Shown: in pieces, positions 25,968 to 38,686 of the stretch
Numbering within the stretch: position 1 is the stretch's first letter
Layout of the letters: the number at the start of each line of letters is the position of its first letter
Source: Camelus ferus
Taxonomy: Eukaryota
DNA: 64,000 nucleotides
NCBI RefSeq assembly: GCF_009834535.1
Contig: NC_045696.1
Coordinates: 60,204,001-60,268,000 of the forward strand
Direction of reading: 5' to 3'
Program-made: the position numbers and the translations under genes
The notes under the pieces: generated by a model
The model's database searches: none
Told to the model about the DNA's origin: nothing
What the model saw: only the letters and a program-made list of their open reading frames with translations

Positions 25968-26456
25968 CTCCGAGGGCACGCGAGGCCGCCAGAGACCCAG
26001 AGGCTAGGTGGCCGTCACCGGTCGCGGTCACGTTTCCGGGCTGAGTGGCGCTCTCCGTCTCCCTGGGCGAGGTCGTCTCCCTGGGCGTGGTCTCCATGGG
26101 CGTGGTCTCCCTGGGCGAGGTCGTCTCCCTGGGCGTGGTCTCCCTGGGCGAGGTCTCCCTGGGCGAGGTCGTCTCCCTGGGCGTGGTCTGTCTGGGTGAG
26201 GTCTCCCTGGGCGAGGTCGTCTCCCTGGGCGTGGTCTCCCTGGGCGTGGTCGTCTCCCTGGGCGTGGTCTCCGCCGCCCAGCGCCACACATGCCCAGAAG
26301 CCGTGCTCCGGTTGGTGACAGATCGCAGCGTGCGCTCTCCGACTCCAGTGAGAGTGGCCCAAGTGTGCGGGCTGTGAGCGTGGGCTTCGGACGCCCCCTT
26401 CGAAGTCCAATCCTCTGCTTCGGGCCTGACTGCCAGCTCGGGACTGTCCTCAGTGG
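25968..26456 (-). CDS. HEG1: HEG1 additional/alternative exon 5b (489 bp, phase 1-1) with coding VNTR
   Basis: Pyrimidine tract ccccttctcaatcctcttgcag|CC ACT GAG GAC AGT, donor CTC GGA G|gtgacg; open for 163 codons: TEDSPELAVRPEAEDWTS...HTWATLTGVGERTLRSVT...(PRETT)n...GSLAASRALG; flanks resemble the insert of a longer human HEG1 isoform as I recall it. Confidence 0.85.
26057..26272 (-). repeat. Coding minisatellite, 15/18-bp units (plus strand gtctccctgggcgtg / gtctccctgggcgaggtc), about 13 copies
   Basis: Directly visible tandem array encoding PRETT/PRETS/PRETTS. Confidence 0.97.
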
Positions 26457-28287
26457 CTGCAAGAGGATTGAGAAGGGGAAGGCCGGTCAGTGCAGGGGTG
26501 GAGTTGGGCTGGGTTAGCCAGAAAGTGTCCCCACTCTTGCTCAGGGTCTATCTGAAACTGACAAGGTGAAAAACCAAAATGTGTGCCGCCCCTGCAGATG
26601 CATCAGTGACTGAAAGCTCGGGAGGCACTGCGGGATCAGCATATCTGCCCAGGTGGCCTGGATTTATGCAAAGGCTTCTAACTTCAGAGAACGGGATCAA
26701 TACTGTATTTCTGCTCTGTGATACATAATAAATAGAGTTTATGTCAGGGAAACGAGGTGGCAGCGGGGGAGGTGAACAGTGGGCAATAGACTGACAACCC
26801 TGCTGGGTGGGGCTTTAGACCTGACAAGTCCCTGGGAGGGAGGCCGGTATCCCCCCGTAGGCTTTACCTCCTGGTGGGACCAGCGAACCAGGACCTGACA
26901 CAGGGCCTGTCATTCTACCGTGGAGGCCTTTGCCTGAGCATAGCAGTGAAAAATGGCATTGTGTTCGGAGGTTACAGGTGGGCTTGGCTTTTGTTTCATT
27001 TTGTTTTTTTAATGTATTTGTTTTATTTCCTTGGTGGGGATGGAACAGGTGACACATGAATAAATACCCTTCTCCTCCTTCCTTGGGTATGTTTTATGCT
27101 ATAAACTTAAAGAATCTTAGGTTAGTCTATTAAATTATCAAACAAACCATCCTTTTCAGAAATGATGGAAATGCAGTACAATTATCCTTGGCCTAAATAC
27201 TTCATAATCTGGCTCTAATGAGAAAAACAGGCTCTTTCCTAATTCTTATTCCTATTCCCAGACCAGACTAGTCCTTGATACCCCATGGACCTATGTTTCT
27301 GGAAAATGGATGTAAAGCTGAGTGAGAGGTAAGTTCACTTCATGGTAGGTTTGCACTGATGGACAGGCAGGAATGAGCATGGGGACAGGGACACAGTGAC
27401 CTGGGCAGCACTGAGAGAGCCAGCACCCAGTCAGGATGTGATCTGACCCAGGCTGAAAACCCATGGAAAGTCCGCCAGGAGAGGCTGGAGAGTCAAGCAT
27501 CCCTGAGCACAACTTCCCTGGCAGAGAGGACAGGCTCCGTTACACAAAACTTAGGCCAATAACCCTGTTAGGCTGACAGACTTCGCAGAGTCATGACCTG
27601 AAACAGAGAGGCTGCACCTGAACCCGGAAAAACGAATGAACCAAGAACTCTGAAAAGCTGGATGGCAGAGTCAGTCAGCTTAGAGAGATTCCAAGGAGAA
27701 GTGAGAAAACATTATGTTAACCCAGAGTGAGATGGTTTCAGGAATGAGGCTATTCCTTATTTAGTGCTTCATAACTGAACTCCAAGGTCCACTCACACTG
27801 AGACCACATTTTCCACACAACCCCACTGCACACTGACTGCAGAGTGAAGAGTACTGAAGAGACAGAAGGAGAGCCTTCGAACCTATGCTTCTGATCTGAG
27901 AAGGTAAAAATTCTGAACCCCAAAGTGGTAGGGTGGAAGAGGGTTCCTTTTGTCTAGAAGACAGCTAACGTGCTTTCCAGGCATAAACACCCTCCACCCA
28001 TATGTGTGGTATTCTTTCATGACGCAGCATATGCTTTTCCACGTCACATCAGTAGTAATAAGTGCTGATTTTCCTCATCAGTCAGGATGCTCCTATGGGG
28101 GAGACAGAGCTTCTGACATTAGTGGTGGAGAGATAAGAATTTAAACCTATTATATGCTTAAATGATAAGTTACTGCATTTTTGCTTCGGTCAGCATACAA
28201 TTTACATTGCTAAGGCTGCTGAGAATTATTTTTTAAAACTACCCAAAAACATTATTAAAAAGGAACATCGAAGGAAAATCTTTCTCA

Positions 28288-29230
28288 AATTGATAAATTG
28301 GACTTCATCAAAATTAGAAAATTTTGTGATGCAGATGGTAACATCAAGAAAGTGAAAAGACCACCTACTGAATGGGAGAAAAGTTCTCCGCAAATGGTGT
28401 ATCTGCTACAGGACTCGTATCCAGAATATACACTACCTCTTACAATTCAGTGAAAGAAAGCTAAATAACCCAATTTAAAATAGTGGTCAAAAGATCTAAA
28501 TAGACTTTTCCAAAGAAGATATACAGATGGTGAGTGAGCACATGAAAAGATGCTCAACATCATTAGTAAGCCTGGGAAAACTGCAAATCAAAGCCACTTG
28601 CCATACCACTTTGCACCCACTAGGATGGCTAGAATCCGAAAAGCTGGACAAGCTGGTGGTAAAAATGCTGAGAAACTAGAACCCTTGTATTTGCTAATGG
28701 GAATAAAAAATGGTGCAGCCACTTCGGAAAACAGTTCAAATCTCTCTGCAAGAGATTTGAAGACATACGGGCATACAAAAACTTGTAGCTGAATGTTCAC
28801 AACAGTACTGTTCATAAGAGCCAAAAGGTGGGGCCAACCCACACATCCAGCGATCCACAAAAGCATAAACCAAATGTGCTGCATCCAGACAATGGAGCGT
28901 TACTTGGCCATACAAAGGGATGAAGCACTGCCACGTGCCACAACACAGATGAACCTTGGAAACACTACACTTAGTGGAAAAAAAAGAAGGCCACATACTG
29001 TATGATTCCATTTATAAGACTTGTCTAGAAGAGCAGGTCCATAGAGACAAAAAGTAAATTCATGGTTGTCAGAGGCTGGGAAGAGGAGAGAATGGAAAGA
29101 GACCAGCACAGGGTTTCTTTTTGGTGTTTCAGGAAATGTTCTGGAATTAGATAGCAGTGACGGTTGCACAACTTTGTGAATATACTAAGAACCACCGAAC
29201 TGTACACTTCAGTAGGTGATATTTTCACCT
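28288..29230 (+). mobile_element. Old L1 (L1MB-like) ORF2 end and 3'UTR fragment
   Basis: aaattggacttcatcaaaatt, catgaaaagatgctcaacatcattag, gatgaaccttggaaacactacac, ggttgcacaactttgtgaatatact. Confidence 0.88.
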
Positions 29231-29528
29231 TCCAGAAGCTGTGTGATTGAGGCAGGTGTGGGCGTGCGGGGTGGGCTGTAGGGAGCAGAAGGACACAGAC
29301 AGAGAAGTCCCTGAGCTGTGCGTGGGAGGGGCAGGCGGCCACAGCAGCATCTTGGAGACATAAAAGAAACAATGGGGATATACTGCTATATGTGTATCAA
29401 CAGCTGGAAGGAAGGCCTGGGAATAATGAGGGGCCTGCAGGAGCTGTTTCATTAATGCTGCAGAAGGCCCTGGCCTGGTAGGCCCCCCTCCCTTCAGTGG
29501 GGTGCGGCTCTGTGAAGTGGAGACTCAC

Positions 29529-29882
29529 TCCAGCGTTCCCCACGTGGTGCCCAGGAGTCCAGGCTTTCTGAGGAAGATGAAGATGAAGACAAGGACTCGG
29601 TGGCCGGCTCAGAGGAACTCCTGTCACCCAGCGCTGTGTCACTTCCTCTAGACTGTGGGGCAGAGGCCGAGAACTGGCTCCAAACTGAAGAGTTCACAAC
29701 TTGAGGATGGGAAGTAACACTTCTGGTCACATCTGTGAACGTCCCTCGGTTGGTGGAGGACCAGTGGGCCGTGCTCTGTCCCCCTCTGACCGACGGGGCT
29801 GGCCGAGGCGCAGTCTCAGTCTGAGACACAGGGCTTCTACTCCCTGCCTCAGAGCGGCTGGCAAGCTGGTGTCCTCCTGAGG
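29529..29882 (-). CDS. HEG1: HEG1 exon 5 (354 bp, phase 1-1)
   Basis: ttttcag|CC TCA GGA GGA CAC CAG ... CGC TGG A|gtgagt; SGGHQLASRSE...SQTET...ALGDRSSSE...APRGERW. Confidence 0.94.
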
Positions 29883-30127
29883 CTGAAAAGTGTCAGAGAG
29901 AAAAGGCCATGATGTGGACATCAGGGAGATCCCTCCACAACCGAGGCGCGAGTCTTCCCTAAGAGAAGGTTCCCTTTGCAAGGACCTTATGTAGTATTTC
30001 CTAAATGTGTAACCTGACATGCACTTTCATGTTCTAAGTTATTATTTCAAAACTCTTCAGTGTCAGGAAGAGAACAATGCCAAAAATAAAAGATGGTGAA
30101 TACGGAAGCTTTTAAACACCATGTGCA

Positions 30128-30260
30128 GGGGGAGGGAATAGCTCAGTAGAAGAGTGCATGCCTAGCATGCACTAGGTCCTGGGTTCAACCCCCAGCACCT
30201 CCATTAAAGTAGATAAGTAAATAAATAAACCTAATTACCTCCTCCCTCTCAAAATAAAAT
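30128..30260 (+). mobile_element. tRNA-derived SINE (camelid Vic-1-like)
   Basis: gggggagggaatagctcagtagaagagtgcatgcctagc...gggttcaacccccagcacctcc, tail aaacctaattacc, TSD-like catgtgca. Confidence 0.88.
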
Positions 30261-30960
30261 AAACTGCATGTGCAAAGTAGCAGAGCAACTTATAGGCTTG
30301 AGGGGTTTATTCTCTTTCCCCCAAAACATGGGTGAGTATGTGGGAATGAGTATGTTGCTGTGTCCGTCAAACACAACGTGCCCAAATAGAGTCCTTCTAG
30401 CATTTTTCTAGGATGGTTGTACTATTAATAAAGATTATTCAAATTTTCAAGTAGAGCAAACAAAAAACTGTAAGGGTACACTAAAACCCTCAATTTGGGG
30501 AATAGATGTATATGTTTTATATATTTGTAAATATATTTATAGTTTATGTATGGTGATCTGCACATGAGATAGCTGAAGCTAGCGTTAAAGAGCGGGCCAG
30601 CTCTCAGTGTGAAGGTGACACTGCAGGTGACGAGATCCATCAGCAGCGGAAGCTCCGAGCCTGGGTCTCAGTGCTGCGTGAAGGAGCTGGTGAGCGCGCA
30701 CCCACTGCTCAAACTCGCTGAGCCTGTTTCCTCTCTACAAGAAAGCAGGAGGAATGATGTCTGCTTGACTAATTTCACAGTGTTGTCATAAGGAAAATCA
30801 AGTGAGATAATGGGGTATACCAGATAAAGGAGACGGTGTTACCCAAGAACACAGGCTTTTTTTTTTCCTAGAGACTGCAAATGGTCTTGAAGTGATTACT
30901 TGAGAAAATTCAACAATTTAAAAATGTTCATAATAAATCAAAAAAAGATCGAAGACTTAC

Positions 30961-31314
30961 TTAGGGAATCATTTTGCAAAAGCACCACTGAGACCTCAGA
31001 AGATGTGAGGCCAAATCCATTTTCTGTGGATGGCTCAATGAGTTTCTTCTCCCCCAGGCTCCCGATTACTCCACCGTTTCTTCTTAAGTCTGCCCCAGAG
31101 GGTGAAGAATGAACTGATGCTGAAGTTGCAGCAGTTTCAGAGTCCTCAGAGAAATGCTCTGTCTCGGGTAGAGGTCCCAGACTGACGCTTAAAGACTGGA
31201 GCATCCTTGGGGCACCATTGGGGAACATGGTGGCAACTTGCACACTCCCTGTCCCACTGACCGAGATGCTTGGGAGAGCAGTGGAGTTGTTTAAATCCTC
31301 TGTGCTTTCAGAAG
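30961..31314 (-). CDS. HEG1: HEG1 exon 4 (354 bp, phase 1-1)
   Basis: tttcag|CT TCT GAA AGC ACA GAG ... TCC CTA A|gtaagt; SESTEDLNNST...MQVATMFPNGAPR...IEPSTENGFGLTS...QNDSL. Confidence 0.95.
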
Positions 31315-31658
31315 CTGAAACAGAAGAAAATAAGCTTCAAGACTCGTCAGGGGTGTATCTGGATACAGATAATGTTAATTACATTTTGAAAGATGGATGT
31401 AGATAAACGTGGACCTACTAGAGAAACCCATGTGATATGTGCATTCGCCCTCTCCTCACTAGCGCTAGTCCTCACAGAGCTAAGTGGAGAAGCCTGAGGT
31501 CCTTCATCGAGTACAAGAAGCTTCAGATCAGGCTAGAAGGAAGACAGGAGAAAGCCTCTAGACATGATCTGCATTGATTTTTACAGAAGAAACAAACCTT
31601 CTGCTTTTGAATTCCATCTTACAGCTTATATAGGACAGATCATTGTGATACGGTACGG

Positions 31659-31704
31659 GTTTTTGCTTTGTTTTGTTTTGTTTTGTTTTGTTTTGTTTTG
31701 TTTT
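31659..31704. repeat. (GTTTT)n microsatellite
   Basis: Direct reading. Confidence 0.9.
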
Positions 31705-34700
31705 AGCAGGGTAACCCTTTTGTTCAAATGCTGTTACAGATTAAAACCTATACATAAAACTGAATAAAAGTGGGTCCATTGTAGGGTGCCTGGTCCCCAG
31801 GTCACCAGCATGGAGGCCTATGGCTCTCAGACCCCAGCCGGAAAAATGCTGGCCTAGAACAGTAATTCCAGCTCTGCCACCATCAAGGCTTCTTTATTAT
31901 TGCCCAGCGCAAGGCCATCATAAACCTTATGTTTTGAAAGACTGTTACCGAGCTCCATTTATTGTGGAACGAGAGCTTCTAATCAACAGGAGACACTCAT
32001 TATTACTCCACTGATTTGATTTCATTCCACCCAAAAGCAACAGGCTCCATATTGCAGTCACCTCATTAGGCTTTGGAGACTGGCCCCCGAGCCCACATAC
32101 TATGACAGTGGTCCCCTAGGAGGTCAAGGACTCCAGGTTGGGAGCAGTTTTTCTGATGAAATGCGTGGCAGACACTGGGTTAACTGTCGCGAACCTCAGG
32201 AACTGAATTCTACACCATTGGTCAAAACGCACAGTGTGCTCTGCAGAAGTACAATGGCTTGCCCACAAAGTCTTCCCGACAAAGAACTTTCCAAAGGACA
32301 CCCTGAGAAGTGACCTCCAGAAGGGCACTTGACATCCTCATTCCAAACAGGAATAGACTGCACAAAAGCTTGGTGAGTGAGCAAGATCCAAAAGCAAGAA
32401 GAAAGAGTGCTGTTTTTTTCAAAGCCAAAAAAAAGTAAGTACTTTCCATACCTATAAAATGAAAGGCTTCAAACTGTTAATTATGACCCAGAAAAGGGAA
32501 GAAGAAAGTTCTCATTATAAATGGTTTCTTGAAGACCAGTCCAATATGCAGTCATAACCAAAAGCACAAATAAATATTAAATATATATATAGAGGGAGAA
32601 AGTACCGGAAACAAAAAGGTCCCTCTTACTTTTGTGCAAAACCATAGAACCAGCTGTACCTAGAACACAGCCCACAGCTCTGGTCACTGGACCTTCCTGG
32701 AGACATGGAAGATACAGGAAATCCATAGAGCTAGTAATTAAAATAAAGGAATAGAAAAACCTGGACACAAAAATGGTTTAAGCCTACCTAAACCCACCTC
32801 TACTTAAACACAAGAACAAAAAAATCTTCAGGACTTAAAAAAAAGGAAAGCATAACACAGACATGCCCAAACCCTCCCTCAGCCACTTAGCATCAGGCCT
32901 AAATTCATTAGAGTCATCATCTATATCCACCAACACTGGATATAGGCACTGCTGACTGCTGGGCACTCTTTTAAAACACTTGTTCCCAGCAAATTGTATT
33001 ATTTCATCGATTCAATGCACAGTGGTGGCTCTATTGGACTCAGCCTGAATGCCTGTCGAGCAAAGCAATGGCCACAGAAATACAATCAGAAAAGTCACAA
33101 TTGCTGAAGGTCACAAAAGGAAGATGGCCAGGTTTTCCCTGACCTGAGAGGGCTCCGTGGAACACTGCTTCACCATCTCATTATCATCATTAGTAAAAGC
33201 TGCCATTTACTGACCAGTTACGATGTGCCACTACTTTACACACACCTCCATATATTGTGCTAAGTCCTTTACATGCTTAATCTGACTCAGTCCTCACAGT
33301 AAAGCTACAGAGCAGTGTGAACACTTCTGTAGAACTGGTGCCCCTTAATAAAAGGAGAAAATGCTTGGTCAAACTAATCTACAATCACCACTTATGTTAC
33401 TAAATGAGCACCTGCTAAATATACCTGGGGGGAAATATACCATGTTTCTAATCAGCAGATCGGCACTATTGATTATTTAATAATTGCCCTTCCTTGCTCA
33501 TTTCTACCCTTGAAGCAGCCATTCAAAAATGGGAAGACCATCTTTTTGTGAGCAGAAACAAGCCAATTTCTCTAATCTTTATAATAGGAGGTGAAAAGAA
33601 CGCCTGTTCCTCTGGTAAAATTATGTGGGTCACGCTCCAATCACAACACAACATACTGGAACCTCAGGCAGGCATCACACTGCTCAGCCTTGGCTTGGCT
33701 GCTGTCCAGAACTTGCCAAAAATCTGGCTGAAGCAGCTGATATTTGGGAAAGATATGCTAAATCTACAGTCTTCTGAGTTATTTATACTCATGTCCTTTA
33801 CAAAGCGAAGTCACCATAAAGCAATTTACCTGGACCACATTAGCTAGCTACCCACAGAAATATTTTCTGAGTTGAGATCCATTATCACACCCCCAGCTCC
33901 TATTGAGAATCGACATAAAATATCATCTTTCAAAGAACATTAGCACAATTTCCACAAAACAGCAACTGAAGGCATTTTCTGTTATGATCATTAACATTTC
34001 TTACATGAGTATTCCTCTTAGAAGTACTGCCCCCCAAACACTGAGGCCTATGGATGAAGCTGTGCGCTCACTTTATCTGACAATATCATGCCCTACCCGG
34101 TTTCCCTTTGTGCCCTGGTTTCCAGGAAACTCGGCACTAAATTTAGTGCTCAATTGTAGCCACTCTCACATAATTCAATGTACACATATCTCTCTTCATC
34201 TTCAAAAGAGAGCTTTTTTCCCTGTTAGCTGCTTTACTTACTTTCCCCTTAATGGTCTAATAGTATATGGTCATTATAGAAAGTATTAATAGAGTAGAAG
34301 GCTGTGGAGCAGCAAAGATGTAAAACAGCAAGCAAACAGTTCCCAGTGGCTTCTGACCTCTTTTTAAAAATCTGATTTAGCTCTCTGGGCCTGTACCTGC
34401 CTTAACACATACACTTATTGGCATGTGATTTATTTGTGGAAGCAGGTGACATCCTAACTACCTGAGCCTCAAAAGACATTGCACTGCTTGTATGTTTCTG
34501 TGCATCAGAGTGAAGAGTGAATGGAGGCACGGGATACGCAGGCTGACATGTTCAAACAGCAGATGCTAGAACTAGAAAGGATCTTTAGGATCAGCTGGTT
34601 TAATCCCTTCATGTTTCAAATAAGGACCCCCTTCCTCCCCAGGCAGGGCTCCTGGCTGACCATCCTAGTGCTCACCCAGTGAGGACCATCACTCATCTGA

Positions 34701-36726
34701 CTGGTCTCAGTGCCAGGACTTCCACTGGGCCACATTTGCTAGTGGATGCAGTGGCCAGTGACCACACGGCCTGCTAGACTCCCTCCTGGCTTTGGTTCTA
34801 CGGAGAATCCAGCTGGGCTGGGTGCCTCTGGGTCTGCCTCTGGCAAGTCCTGCCAGTGCTCTTAGCCTGCGTGCCTAGTGCTCCTGGATCCTGTGGATCT
34901 TGAGACTTAGATTTCAGGGGCAGTAGGAGGCACACCAGAGCTCTGGTCAGCAGGTTAGCAGAGGCTAGCCCAGCCTTACAAATAAAGCAAAGCTTCATTT
35001 CCCATGTGGCTTCAGGTCCTCGTGCGCATCCCCTTTACCACCCCACAGGGAAGAGGGGAGGCTGGCAGGCTAGATCCAGGTGTTCCTGGATGCCTGGCTA
35101 TCCCCTCATTCACCAGCACCCAAAGCCCCCTCCAGTATCTAACAGGGAGGGTGGGACTCTACCCAGCACGGAACACCCAGTTCACTAAGAAGGGAGAGAA
35201 ATGCTCAGTGAAAGACTCGAGGAAGAGGAATAATATGGGAGAACTCTTCAAAAAGTAAAAGGTACAAGAAGGATGAAGGCTCAAAAATTTGAGGGCCAAT
35301 TACTTTTTTAATGTTAAAAAATATAAGTGACTAGAGTCAGGGCCACCAGCTGGAAACACAGAACAATTCTCAGATGCACCACAGTATACACACCACAGCA
35401 GTGGGCCGGGTTCAAAGTGTAAATATTAAATGACCCCGACCAGAATCAAGGGTAGCTTCCTAGAAGATGCTTCCTTTCCACCATTTAGTAAAGTTGGTTG
35501 TAAACCACTGAACCACAGACTTTGAAGCTGGAAAGGATGGTAGCTCTGACCCAATCTAACCAATGTTTAAGAATAATCTTAAAAAGCCATCTCCTAAAAA
35601 TACGAATCATAAATTATATACATCCGTGTTGGCAGGAAACCATATACAGAGTATACTGGAAGGGGAACTGGCTGCTTTAAACAGGCATTACCGAAAGGAC
35701 CTCTGGGTTCGGTTTTTGCTTTGATGACATAAACCTGAACCCCTAATCTTGCAAAGTACTTCTAAAACCCTCTGATCTATGAAAATTTTGAAATGGCAGT
35801 TTCTGAAGCCACCTAACCACTGTTTCCCTGGAATATTTCCAGCCCTCGCTGTCCTGCTCCCCGCAGCACGGGGGTGAGAACACAGGCAGCGCACAGACGC
35901 GGAGTACAAGCTGGGAGAAGAGACAGGGTGGGCAGAGCTTCCAGGACTGGTCCGTGGCTGGAAGAGCCTGTGATGCGTGGGCACATGCTTATCCCCTTAC
36001 TCATCAACTGCACCTTGTCGTGGGACGAGAGAGTAGCAGACACAACCCACGTCCTCAAGATGATGACAGTTTGTCTGGGTAGGAGCTTAGATAATGTAGT
36101 GTGACAGGGTGTATGGTACGGAGGATCAGAGGCTGACAATAAGCTTGGTGGAGATGGAACATCTGTAGGGACACTGGACTGATGAGCAAGGGCTGGAATG
36201 TGCTCCATTGCTGTGACCTTGTAAATACCTGCATCTATGGTTTTTTTGAAATGATGCCCAGAAAAATGTACATCTATGTCATCTTTGCCATTGAAAGAAA
36301 CATTTTTGCAGTAACGAAGAAATATAAATATAACTCCTCATCAAAGGACACAATGATCATCATTTCAGTCACCCCAGAACATGGCCTCTTGTGCAAGAAC
36401 ACACACCTACCACACTCAGACTTGTGTGTAGGAGGGTGGGGGACGAGGGGGGAAGCAGGGCTCAGGTGGACAGAAAGGCCTAGAGCAGCCACCAAACCAA
36501 CTGTCACTTTCTTCCTTATACAGTTAAAGGAAGCATGCTTTAAAGATGAACTTCAACACTGAGATCAGTTGTGTGGGTTGCATTTTTACCTCCAACATTT
36601 TGCACTGGGGCTTAATGACTTTTCCCCTTAGCCCCTGTGACAAGTGTGTAACTAGCTGGCTATCCAGGGCGATGTACTTCTATTCTGAGTGACTTCAGCG
36701 TGTTGAGCTGGGACAGGAGCACTTAC

Positions 36727-37026
36727 GTGTGGGACTGCTGGAGGGAGGGGAGTAAACCGGTGTCCTGGAGAAAGGCAGCCAGGATTGCTCTGGTCCTGAG
36801 GAATTTCTCTGCCTGGGGAGCGTGGTCTCTTCTCCCACATCCACAGCAGGAAGAGAGGACTGGCTCACAACCGAAGTGGCCACCACTTGGGTGTGCAGAG
36901 TCATTGCTTCTGGGAGCCCCTGCCCCCTCGCCGGGGAGCCCCAGGACGTGCTGCTCTCCGTGTGAGAAGGGGCAGTTCTGCCTTCTGACCCTGCGCTGCT
37001 GGATGGCAGGGGACGCCCTCCCAAGG
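36727..37026 (-). CDS. HEG1: HEG1 exon 3 (300 bp, phase 1-1)
   Basis: ctttcag|CC TTG GGA ... CCC ACA C|gtaagt; LGGRPLPSSSAGSEGR...RQRNSSGPEQSWLPFSRT, within ORF 36695-37360. Confidence 0.93.
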
Positions 37027-38686
37027 CTGAAAGCAGACAGCAACAATTAAAATTCCACCAGCAGACTTCCCAATGTCTGAATAATCTTGGAGCGAGCTCA
37101 CCTCTGACCTCTCTAAGATAGACAGACACGAGAAGAAAGTGGAAGCAATTGTTCATTCTATAAAAAATGGCCTCCTGAATGAGAGACCACAAGCCAAAAC
37201 AAGGACTGTTTTCAGATCTCACAAAGACTCTGCATTTTGTGGTAAAATTATCAGGAAAGGGGCACGATGAAGCTAAGTATGAGCCGATATAGAATCGGAG
37301 GTCAGCGTCTGACCGGCGTGACTCATCAGTCATAGTCCACAAAGCGGTCCCAGAATTCACTTGATTTTAACACAAAGTTTCCAATGTCTGGATGACCAAC
37401 AAACCCAGGCAGCACTATATGCAGTTTCTAAGCTCTGTATCCATCATTCGTGAATGGAACTTAACATACTTAAAATACTCTTTACAGAACTGAGTCCCCC
37501 AACCAGACCTCCTGCCCCTAGGGCATGCAACCATGCAGGACATCTTTGATGGCTTCATCCTCTACTTTGAGGCCATTACCAAGTTGTATCAATTATCCTT
37601 TGTGAAGAGTCTTTACCAACCCCTTCCTCTCCATCCCTGAGGCCACTAGGCCGTATTTTAGCACCTGGATTTCTGTGTCTGCCTGGGTGGTCCCCCTGAC
37701 TCTAGGTTCCCTCCACCCCAGACATCTTATACATACCTGCCAGGTGAACCCTCCCCAAATTCACTTTAATGCAGTCACTGCCTTGTTCAAAAACCTTCAG
37801 GGACTCTTCCCACCACAGCAAATCTAAACTGCCTGGTTTTCAAAGTCCTCCACTATTGTGCCTAAGCCCACCCCCATGACTGTTCCACCGGCTGCTACTC
37901 TCCTGTGTGTGTGACTTACATCTTCCCCACAAAGAGGCCACGCTTTTCTCCTTTCCTCTGTATCTTTGTTCACATGGTCTGGACATCCCACTCCTCAGCC
38001 ACCCCTCCCACCTCGATCAGACACACAGACTTAGGCTCAAATCCCAGCTCTGATACCTGTTAGCTGTTTGCCCTGCACACGTTGGATTGATTAATTTCTC
38101 TAGCTTCAGTCTCCAAATTCCAAAAATAAGAGTAATGTTAACTCATGGCCTTGCCGTGAGAATTGAGAGATGAGACATGTTGGTATGGAGACCTAGTTGG
38201 TGCTGGCTTTCTTTGTCTTCCCTTCCTCAATCAAATCTTGCTCAACCAGCTCCAGCTCCACTGTGCAATCCTTTGCTAAAAATGGCAAACCACCGAGCTG
38301 TGCAGACTGGGGCAAGAACAGCCATCTGAGCCACACAGCCACGCAGTCCGCCAAACCCAGTGCCTATGAGGCTGCAGCGCGTGGCAGGACTGCCGAAGCT
38401 GTGCGGATTCAGCCCGGCCATGCAACATAGATTCCCCGGCCACTGGAACATAGACTGGTCAGGCCCCTCAGCAAATCTGCACCCCCATCTGTGCATCTAT
38501 AGTTACAACTCAATTAACCACAGTGAGCCACAGGTGGAACCCAAGGCACAGGTCTGGTCCACCCCAGCCCAAGACGATTGGCTGGGCACTGTGACTTGGG
38601 ATGGGGGAAGGCAAACACTGGCCGAAGTTTTGTCCTCTGGGACTGAACATACATGCGTGAAATGAGCACCATCAGCACACACTCAC

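Noticed and set aside
26057..26272. Short repeat array that could suggest CRISPR
   Set aside because: No unique spacers, head-to-tail units, eukaryotic coding context
26015..26462. Overlapping ORFs encoding (RRPRPG)n, (AQGDD)n and, on the plus strand, (VVSLG)n
   Set aside because: These are alternative frames of the stop-free GC-rich VNTR; only the PRETT frame fits the splice phases and HEG1-like flanks
37027..37360. Upstream extension of the 221-aa ORF containing exon 3
   Set aside because: Intronic read-through before a clear acceptor at 37027-37028; no HEG1 similarity
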